A DNA stretch of 64,000 nt from Basidiobolus meristosporus CBS 931.73. Lineage: Eukaryota; Fungi; Basidiobolomycota. Shown here one piece after another: positions 54,500-64,000 of this stretch. The position numbers and the translations under genes were made by a program. Where the stretch lies: contig MCFE01000464.1 in NCBI GenBank assembly GCA_002104905.1, positions 6,633 through 70,632 of the forward strand, read 5' to 3'. The notes under the pieces were generated by a model. That model was not told the origin of the DNA. It saw nothing but the letters and a program-made list of their open reading frames with translations, and did not search any database. The number at the start of each line of letters is the position of its first letter. The first letter of the stretch is position 1.

Positions 54500-57400
54500 A
54501 TGGTGATCTGCTTCTGGATTAATGTTCCTAAATTGCCAACATACAACTACAAATATTTCTAATACACTATGAGTAGATATTGCTTCAGAATGCCACTTGA
54601 ATATACACAAATCCAGTACATGCAGTCCTTGCATTTGTATTGCTGTATATCAGTATGAATATTGATTGGAGCTTGTGAGAAATGCTGTAAGAGTCTTGGA
54701 GATATTGGAAATGATTGGGAGAACAAGTAGATTGTGTGAGTTTCACTTAATGATTTATTGAATGCAAAAGTAGTATATATACTTTTACATAAGACTGTTG
54801 ATAAATAATGCTCCTCAGATTTCACAAAAAACTTGGTCAAAATTTGTCATCACAACATTACAAAAGTGGCTTTTGATTGGTTCTCTGCCAATTTTCTCAC
54901 TTTCTGATCCCAGACACTCTATTGCCTCCTACATTTGTGTGCATTGATTGGCTATTGCCTCTTTTTCACACTCCTTACTTCCTGACTCAACAGTTTCTCT
55001 TGCTTTTTATGTGTACAAATTGATTCATTTGTGTTGTAGTGGGGTCACACTGACACCCACAGGCAGATGTGCTCATTCCCATATGTTCACTTCCCTAAAA
55101 AGGATTACCCCCCCTATATTAGTATCATCCCAAATTGCAATATTTTCTATCTGTCTATGTGATTATTACTATGCAACCTTGGAAACTATTTGTCACTATT
55201 AACCCATTGCACAAGCTATTCTTATTCCATGCCAAGATGCCAAGATACAAAAGTTACCATATAAGGCAAGTACCCCCAACAGTGCCTATGTTATGTGACC
55301 ATCCTGGTTTCATAACCATCCTATCCTACTACCATATGAAGTAACTACATGACAGAGGTCTCATATTACCACTATCTGATTGGTTGGGTGCTACTATGTC
55401 TTAAGGAACAATCCGCCAAGAATTTGAGCTATTTTTAGTACAAAATGACATGATTGGCTGCCTACTACCTTCTGGAAACTTCCAGAAAGTATTTTCTAGC
55501 AAGAATTTGAGCAGAAAAAAAAGTATATAAGGGAGGCTATCCCTTAGAATAAATCATCCCTCTTCCAATATTCCGACTTATTGATTAGTGAGATACCACT
55601 ACCTATTACCACCACTTTCTGACTCAGACCTGACAATACTCCCAGGAAACCGTGCTGATAGCCAACTGACCTTGGAGGCACTACTTGTGAGGAATACTCA
55701 GAGTAGGTATATTTTATTATATTTGATTGTTTTCCCAAGTTTGTTCTTGTACAGGCAAAGATACTTTTCAGTCTTTGTAACTATTGGTCAAAGCTGCATT
55801 CTTATTAAGTCCCTGTTGGTGGAGTTTACAGTTGTTTTGACTTTGGAAGCATTAGTACATTGTCATCTCAAAGGATGTCAAAGCCATTATAAACTTTTAT
55901 TAAGATGCCAACTAAGTTGGGGATTGTAGTTCAATAGTTTTCCCTTGACAAGCTTGAGGCTTTATCTCCCTTCACATTAGATTAGACAAAAGACCCAGCA
56001 TTCCTAGCAAGCTATTGCCAGAGGTTATTGCACCCAGTGAACACCCCACACACATTCACACTTGAGAAGTGTTGGCTGTATTTTGCTCTTTGGACTTATA
56101 GACCACCACAGCATCAAAACTTCAGTTGTACCTCAATTGCCAATTGTATTGGCCTGTGCAAGTCCCTATACCCTACACTAACATTAAGCCCAACCCCACC
56201 CTTAACAAGTAACTCCATTAAAATCCACCACTCAACAAGTATTTCTGCTGTTACACTCTGTTTCATGACTCCAGAAGGAACCAAGTAGCTTTATGCCACT
56301 GTTCATTTACTGGTTCCCACAAATGCTGGTCTTCAGCTGCCACTGCAAGGTCTAGCACCTCATCTGCCAGTATTTGCAATAAATCCTTGCAATATTCAAG
56401 TATGATTTCTTGAGCACTACTCTTTGAGAAGTGCTGCAACCTCTTGGTGTGCCTATTAATGTTCCAAAATTCAACAGAAGGCATTGTGATAGTCTTTCAA
56501 GCTCTTGACATTGTAGCCTTGTCTGTTAGTGGGATCTCCACTCTGTCAGCAATAGAGGATGCAGAGGCTGTGGTAGACAAACCCTTTCTCTGAAAACTCA
56601 TCTATCTTGCTGGAGTGTAGCTCAATTGCCTGTGCTTCCAACTCTTGTGAAAATAGCTGTTTTCTTGTTGGTAATTCTTGTTGGCTATGATGGGGTTCAG
56701 TCTGTTCCAGGATTATGGCCTTAACTGCAAGGACAGCAGTTTTTTCTGTATGCTTCCCTGTCTCAGGCTTGGGTAGACATTTTCCCCTTTACCTTTTCCT
56801 TTATCACTGCCAGGTCCTTCACTGCTACTTTGTCTGAGTGCTTCTTGTAATGAACTACATTTTCTCCTTAATAAAAGCTGCTCTGATGTATCTGTTTGGC
56901 CTGCTTGTCCCTTGCTGGCACCCTCCTGGCAACTTTACAATTGTTTACCACTGGTTTGGAGCTGACAGCTCTAGTAGTGACAGGCTCCAGAGAAAGCCGC
57001 TAGTTTTTGGCACTGCCAGGGCCTTCACTGCTACTTTGACTGAGTGCTTCTTGAGCTGTACTATGCTTTTTCCTTAATAAATGTTGTGCTGGTGCATATG
57101 TGTCTGCCTGCTTGTCCCTTACTGGAACTCTTCCAGCTACCTGATGTCTCTTTGATGCTTGCTTGGAGCTTTCAGCCCTGCTTATAGCAGGCTCTTGAGG
57201 GAGCTGCTGGTTTTTAGCCATGGCACCCTTTTTCTTCTGCCTTTTATAGTTTCTGCTATTCTTAAGATACTTTCTTAGCATGCCAATGCTGGCCCAAAAT
57301 CTGTTGGCCCATTTGAGTCCAGGATAATGCTCATGGAACAAGTCAAGCACATTTTGCGTGGCCTTAAGTTCCTGATGGTCCCATAGTAGGTCAGCCTTAA

Positions 57401-58100
57401 GGTGATGGGGTGCTAGACTCCTAACTGCCTCTTGAATATTAGCCCACTCTTCATTATTGCACTCAAAGCCTGACAGATCTTCAATGTCTTTTGAATTTTA
57501 GGCATTGGTATAAACATCACACTGTATTTTTCCCATGCTGTGATAGGTTCTTCTGTGGGTTTTATCCTTGGGCACTGTTGTTGTGCTTCAACAACTGCAT
57601 GGTGCTCCTCTGCTGCAACATTGGGAAGTGGCTCAATTCTTGGCTGTGACATTGAGTTACTTGAGTTCCTTCTTTGGAGCAAAGATACTGCTTTCTCTAC
57701 CTGAAATACTGATTGCTCTACGCATATTATCCACTGATCCTGTTTTGGGACTGTTTCCTGATTTCTCTGGGCCATAAGATCTATGCTATTGGCCACTACA
57801 CCTAATTGCTTCATTAATAATTTGGTTCAAGCTGACAACATACTTGCTAATATGGGTGGTGGTGATGTTATAATGGCCACTTGTGGGTCTACAGCTGGAG
57901 GTACTGCATTTGCTACACTCTCATCTGCCTGAGCATAACAGCCAGCTTGTGGCTCTACAGAGGTTCTCAATTGCCTACTTGACTGAGAGCCTGAGGAGTC
58001 CAAATTGTTACCTTTAATGGGCATACTGTCAACATGGTCTTTTTGGATGTAGCCTGGTTTGTTGCACTGGAAGTCAAAGCAAGCTGTTGTCCAACCATTC
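54500..58100 (-). repeat. Unclassified decayed element, copy B (interrupted by the solo LTR), with ORF relics including a degenerate zinc knuckle
   Basis: CFDFQCNKPGYIQKDH near 58030-58085, LWDHQE...HYPGLKWANRFWASIGMLRKYLKNSR near 57280-57400, an internal short direct repeat (56820-56910 vs 57030-57125), and homology to copy A. Confidence 0.45.
55035..56110 (+). mobile_element. Solo LTR (about 1076 bp) of the same family as the Gypsy element at the window end
   Basis: Begins TGTAGTGGGG and ends ACCACCACA. Collinear with the reverse complement of 60695-61766. Flanks GTGT/GCAT. Removing the LTR plus 4 nt restores exact collinearity (114 vs 114 nt) with the 51090-51203 paralog. Confidence 0.88.
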
Positions 58101-58688
58101 TTCTGCTGCCATCAGCAGAGGGGTTTGTTGAGAACCAGACAACTTTGCTTTATTTGCTGGCAGCATATTTATGGAAGTGAGTCAAACCAAAGGGGAAATA
58201 GTGTTACATATATGTGGGTATGTGATGCCACAACTTGATTTATAATGCTTACTATGGCAGGTCATTATTGAATCTTATATTCATGTAGGTGCAATGTCTC
58301 AAACACAAGACTGTCTTAAATTCACATCAGTATTGACTAAAAAGTGATATAAAGGCGTTTTGTTGTTGAAAGTCAAACTGTTGGCCCCATGGACAAGACT
58401 ACTTTGATTCAACACTGTAAGAGAAGAGAAAAGTGACCATATGGCAATTTTAGCAAGCCTCTCAGCCATGAAGCATGCTGACAGCTTAGGAACTATTACA
58501 AGGATCACAGCCAGTGCTTTGCTACATAAGTCATATTTGACCATTCATCAGTCACTACTGTACCAACATTATCTTGTCAGCCAGCTAATACCTCTATATT
58601 GGCACATGGCCATCTTTGTAACCTTGCGCAAACTGAGTCAGATGAGTTTGTGATACCTTTAGGCTCACCTCAGCCTTCTTAATATGGC

Positions 58689-59456
58689 ATGCAGAGTGAT
58701 AACTCTGACAAAGAATGCTCATTGATGGATTGTGAGCCTATCTTCCCTAACAACAGTACCACAGATGAGCCTGGTCAAATCCTAATATGCAATGTGACAG
58801 CACCTGTTGAAGCAAATGCCAAGGATACTTTATGGTGCCAACTCAGCCCAGTAATCCATCTACTTGTGAATGATGTAATGTTGTGGCTAGAGAAGTGGTG
58901 CGTTTCCACTAATAGCAATAATGGGGACTTACTGGATTTATTACTACTTCTTGCCAACATCATTTCAGGATGCAACTTACCATGAACATGGTTGAAGTGG
59001 ACAACCATCATGTGGATAGTTTATATGACCCAGAGCCTGTCCTGATTTCAGCATGTGTTAACAGTTGCATGGCATTTGTATCCCAAAATGCCACCATTGC
59101 AATGTGTTCAAATTGTCAGGAATCCACCTTCATTAGGGGAAAACATTGTTCATACTTCAGAAATATTCCAGTAAAACCATGCTCAAAGAAGCTCATGCAG
59201 TCCAACAAATATTGTAAAGCTATAAAGTACCACACTCAATATCATTCAAGCACAAATATATCAGATGTATTTGATAGCAAACATTACAAACAGTTAGGTG
59301 CAAGGGCTACTTTGAAGGTATGCATGACCATGCCTTTGCCTTAGCACTTGATGGATTCTCATTAAACAAGTGCTCAGCCAGCAAATCCTGCTGGCCACTG
59401 ATTCTCATCAATCTGAATCTACCACCCATATTACAGTATCAGAGCAAAAATCTCTA
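58689..59456 (+). mobile_element. CACTA/EnSpm (CMC) transposase fragment, Tnp2 family, truncated
   Basis: YDPEP...ACVNSCMAF, CSNC, SDVFDSKHYKQL and LALDGF...SCWPLILINLNLPP are hallmark Tnp2 motifs. Frameshifted and cut off at 59456 by a Gypsy remnant. Confidence 0.8.
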
Positions 59457-60694
59457 TGAAAAATAATTTTGTCTCACAAAAGGATCCATTCAGGATCAGC
59501 CATCAGGATCCCATTTAAAGGCCATCAGAATACCAGCATCTTGGAATTAGTGACCCTCCTAACAATCTTATGATGGGATCACAACAGTATTTGCTATTTT
59601 TTCAACTATATTAAGGGATGAAACTTGACAAGATATAATCAGTGCTGTGGCAATATTTGCATGGTATGGTTGCGGTCTTTTAGCACTCTATAACCATTTT
59701 AAGTGGACTCAATTGGCCAGGACACCCAGTTGACTTATATGGCAAGAAACTTGATGGTATTCTGATGGCCTCTCAGCTAGACTCCAGTGGTATTATATTG
59801 GCAGTATGATGGCCCACAGCTGGATCTGTATCATGTTACCATACCAATTTACCAAATGGTATTTCCTTTCTCTACCTCCCATTGTGCAGTTCATATATTC
59901 CACTGTAGAATCACCCCTCTTTATTTGCTTACCCACTTTTACCTTAGGTATTCCACATATAGTTCAAATCAAAAAAACTATGGCCTCCTGCTTACTAACC
60001 TCTACAAACATGCACACCTGCCACAGATGAAATACTTCTATCACCTCAACTTTACAGCTTTTTAGTGTGATACTTGCAAAGTTGCCACATACCTTGTACT
60101 GCTGGTAACATATACATCTTGCAAACATATGCTTGGTTGTTGCCACTTCTGCTATAAATACCTCTTGAATATCCGCAAAGAACTTCTCAGTATTTAGCCA
60201 ATATATTCTGTCTCCCTGCTGAATTCTAGTCCCCCTTATAGGTGCACTCTGGCTTTTGTTTGTGTGAATTCTGTATTGAATGGTGTAGAAGTTGGCTTGT
60301 GACCATGAGAAATCTGGCATACCTTGGTAGAGTTTTTGTGATAAAAATTAGTTGCTTGTTTCACCCAACCTAACTATGCATTACTTAACTGATCACCCAT
60401 GCATTGGGGCTGCTTAGCTTCTTAGTGCCATAGGCTTTGGTGTCTCCATGTGCACATTTGTCCTCAGTATTTTCCAGCTCTTCCTGGCTGTCCTCCATGT
60501 GCCAACTCATCACATCCATCATGGACTTGAAGGTAATAATCTTGATGAGATTGTGATATGGTAGTACCTGCAACTTGACGTGTCTTCCTATCTCTGCACA
60601 CATCAACTCCATAGGAAACTCTCAAAAGGTGAAGTAAGGCCCAATATTCTCCACACACTGTGCAAGATGGAGTAGATAATGGATACAGCAGCGG
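59457..60694 (-). mobile_element. Decayed Ty3/Gypsy integrase + GPY/F + chromodomain remnant
   Basis: QQGDRIYWLNTE, YKVCGNFASITLK...VFHL and RERKYHLVNWYG (chromodomain-like). Ends at the shared TGAAAAATAATTT terminus and is cut at 60694 by the younger LTR. Confidence 0.65.
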
Positions 60695-61766
60695 TGTGGT
60701 GGTGTATAGGTCCAAGGGAGAGATACGTCCAACACTTCTCAAGTGTTTTGTGTGTGGGGTGTTCACTGGGTGTAATAACCTCTGCCAAAAGCTTGCTAGG
60801 AATACTTGGGTTCTGTCTCTAATCTAATGTGAAGGGGAATTAAGCCACAAGCTTGTCAAGGGAAAACTATTGAGCTACAATCCCCAACTTAGTTGGCGTC
60901 TTAACAAAAGTATGTGCTGGGTTCAGCGTCCTTTGAGATGACAATGTACTAAAGCTTCCAAAGTCAAAACAACTGTAAACTCCACCAGCAGGGACTTGAT
61001 AAGAATGCAGCTTTGGTCAATAGTTACAAAGACAGAAAAATATCTTTGCCTGTACAAGAACAAACTTGGGAAAGAATCAAATATAATAAAAGATACCTAC
61101 TCTGAGTATTCCTCACAAGTAGTGCCTCCAAGGTCAGTTGGCTGTCAGCGCGGTTTCCTGGGAGTGTCCTGTGGTCTAGGGTTGGAAGTTCAGGTAGCAG
61201 CAGGTAGCAGTGATCACACTAATCAACAAGTCGGTATATTGATAAAAGGGATGATGATTTATTGTTGAGGGATAGCCTCCCTTATATACTTTTCTTCACT
61301 GGCTAAGTGATTACTAATCATGGTGTTCCAGAAGGTTCCGGAGTTCAATAGAAATCTTAATGACATCAGAATGACCTAAGAATGTTCTAAGTAGGTGCCG
61401 GAAGGTTCTAAGAGGCACAGCACATCCAACCAATCAGGAATCAGTATTCTGAAACCTGTGTAACATGGGGATACCATATATGGTATGGAAATGGTAGGGA
61501 TGGTGACACGGGTTGATCATGTGTCACGGGTACTGGCGCGGGTACTTGCCTAATATAGAAGCACTTGTAACTAGTAATCTTACATAAAGTGAGGGGTAAC
61601 TTATGCAATAAGGTAAGCAGGTGTGATAGTCAACCGGCTTATGGGATAGTACTGATTGGGTAAGACAAATGGGATAAAACTAAAATGAGTGTAGTAGGGA
61701 TATAGGGAAGTAGAAAATAAGGGAATGAGCACATCTGTCAGTGGGTGTCACTGTCACCCCACTACA
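60695..61766 (-). mobile_element. 3' LTR (about 1072 bp) of the Gypsy element
   Basis: On the minus strand it starts TGTAGTGGGG directly after the PPT and ends ACCACCACA. Homologous over its full length to 55035-56110. Confidence 0.9.
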
Positions 61767-61781
61767 TCCACCCCCCTCTCA
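61767..61781 (-). other. Polypurine tract of the Gypsy element
   Basis: Minus strand TGAGAGGGGGGTGGA lies between the pol stop (61806) and the LTR TG. Confidence 0.85.
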
Positions 61782-61805
61782 GCTTTGAACTTGGGTCAAA
61801 GCAAA

Positions 61806-64000
61806 CTAATCTTGATGTGCAAAATTCCTATGCTTGAATAACTTAAGTCGATTTCCAGCAACTGGTGCTCTCAACTGGGTGTTGTCAAGCTCAGATATGT
61901 AATAACTTCCATTTCCAATCACTTTGGAAATGAGGTAGGGGCCAGTCCATTTGTTGTCAAACTTCCGACTCCATTGCTTGTCCAAGGTAGAATCATAGAG
62001 TAATACTGGGTCTCCTAGTGATAGTGGTTTTGGCCTTGTTGGGTGTGATTTGTCAAAGGGCACCTTGTTCTTTAGTCGTGTGTCCTTAAGTTGTTCAGCA
62101 GCTCTGCTAATATTCAAGTCATGGTGATCAAGTTGCTGTATGCGAGTTGCAAGGAGGTCTTCAGTCTGCATATCAGATCTCCAATTCAATGAGTTCCAAG
62201 TGACTGTGTTTAACTCAACTGGTAGTATGCAGTCATGTCCATAGAGTAGCTTGAATGGCGATAATCCAGTCGTTCTCTTGGTAGTAATTCTATCTGCCCA
62301 CAGTGCAAGATGTAATTGCTGTGGCCACAGTGTTGTGTTATTCTCACAGGCCTTGACAAGAGAGTTCACCAATGGTCCATGTCCTCTCTCTATCATTCCA
62401 TTGGCTTGAGGGTGGTAAGCTGTTGTGAAAGCTATGTGTATCTTGTACTTTGAGCACAACTCCTGGATCATTTGGGATGTCATCTCTCCTCTGTCAGCAA
62501 CAAACTGTTGGATGCAGCCAAATCTGCAGATGATGTCTTCAAGTATAAATCTCCATATGGTATGGCTCTTGTTGTTGGGCAAGGCTCGAGCCTCTGCCCA
62601 TCCACTAAGGTCATCTCTAGCAACAATCAGGTACTTTTTTGATCCAGCTGTTGGCATGTGGACAAGGTCAATACCAACCTTTTGCCATAGACAGATTGTG
62701 TAAGTAGGATGCAGTGGTTCTTCATAACGCTTGGAGGATCTCTTCTGGCAGGCTACACATGACTCAACAAAGTGCTGGACATCATAGTACATGTTTTCCC
62801 AGTAGTACCTCTGAGCTGTGGTATTGTATGTGGCTTCTCGTCCTCTATGTCCTCCTGGTTCTCCTTGGTGGATACTTGTCATGATGTTCAGTTGCTCTTG
62901 AGGGGTGGTGACTACTCTTCTTGGCATAAGTCCAGGCTTCACTCGCTTAAAGAGAAGATCATCTTTAAGATAGTAGTGGTGTGCCTTCTTCCTGAGTTTT
63001 CTAAACTCCTGAATATCCATCCAACTAGGTTTCTTAAGTGTCCTTAGATATTCCTTGATCAGACTCCAGGTAGTTCTCTCTTGGTCTTTGATGGCAATCT
63101 GTCGGATCTCTGCATCAACAATATCATCAAAGTGAGGGTCCAAGTCTTCAAATAATTGTGGTCCCTTCCTGGAGAGTGCATCAGCCACAACATTTGTCTT
63201 GCCAGGGATATGTTTGACCTCAAAGTCAAACATTTTCAGCCATGCCATCCATCGGTTTGTGGCATCATCAGGTAGGTCAGGCTTGTTGATCATTCCTATA
63301 AGTGGCTTGGCATCTGTCTCCAGGATAAAATGTGCCATGTAGAGTTGTGACTTCAGTTTCCTCAGCATCTTCACAACTCCTAGTAGTTCTCTCTTAATCT
63401 GTGAGTATCTTTGTTCTCTAGGAGAGAATAGGCAGCTCTCATATCTGCAGGCATAGCGGTTGCCATCTTCATCATCTTGTCCAAGTAGTGCTCCAGCTCC
63501 TATGGGGCTTGCATCCACTGTCAAAATAGGTGGGCATTCAGTGTTTTGATAGTCAAGAGGTCTTAGAACTGGTGGAGATACTAAGGCCTCTTTCAGTAAT
63601 TGCATGGCTTCTTCTTGCTCTTCTCCCCAGATAAATGGGGTATTCTTTCTCTGTAGTCGGTAGATTGGTTCTGCTATCTCAGAAAATCTTGGGATCCAGA
63701 TCCTAAAGAACCCACAAGCTGCCACAAAGCCACGAGCTTGTGTTAGATTTGTGGGGGTAGGCCAGTTGCATATCTTTTGTGTCTTGGAGTCTCCAGGTGA
63801 GCGACCAAAGGTGTTGCATTTTTGTCCAACAATGGATATCTCTGATACACCAAAGCTGCTTTTCTCACCACTGATGGTGAGTCCAGCTTCTTCAATGGCT
63901 CCTAGTATGGCATCATTGTCTGCAATATGGTCATAGACAAACTTTCTTACTCCAGGCATAACTTCAGTGGTGTCCCGGAATTTTGATCCTTTGATGCCTA
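61806..64000 (-). mobile_element. Ty3/Gypsy pol ORF: RT C-terminus, RNase H, H2C2 zinc finger, integrase core, GPY/F; no chromodomain; 5' part outside the window
   Basis: Frame open from the window end. AGLTISGEKSSFG, VDASPIGAG/RELLG/ETDAKPL (RNase H), H..GGHRG...CVAC, GIDLV..ADRG..MIERGH (DDE), AYHPQANG, WTGPY. Confidence 0.97.

Noticed and set aside
54900-56484. LINE endonuclease call from FWNIN and KEAKANQ..SKYF-like motifs
   Set aside because: With the LTR removed, the spacing is only about 140-160 codons in both copies, too short for an APE domain plus linker, and no RT motifs follow.
51300-64000. Classical ascomycete RIP as the cause of repeat decay
   Set aside because: CpA remains abundant while CpG is lost, and a long pol ORF survives. 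This fits CpG deamination better.

Overview
Intron-rich fungal nuclear DNA. The gene families and intron style suggest an early-diverging (non-Dikarya) fungus, which is an inference. 1-21.8 kb is gene-dense: a fungal-specific transcription factor, an uncharacterised membrane/coiled-coil protein, a pseudogenised AAAP amino-acid transporter, NCS6/CTU1, SEC1, POP4, an ankyrin protein, a CMTR1-like cap-1 2'-O-methyltransferase and a TBC Rab-GAP. 22-50 kb is sparser: a decayed lipase-3/P-loop GTPase locus, MIX23, a subtilase next to an ATG15-like lipase, a conserved unknown protein, an intronless 7TM-RGS protein and an intronless small secreted Cys-rich/Ig-like protein. 50.9-64 kb is a CpG-depleted nest of transposons: decayed Gypsy integrase/chromodomain pieces, a CACTA/EnSpm fragment, an unclassified repeat in two copies, a solo LTR, and a Gypsy element with an open pol ORF, PPT and 3' LTR running off the window end. 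No rRNA, tRNA or CRISPR was recognised. The best leads are the animal-type cap-1 methyltransferase, the Cys-rich + Ig-like secreted protein, the lipase-GTPase fusion relic, and an LTR family whose two visible insertion sites both appear CG-centred.
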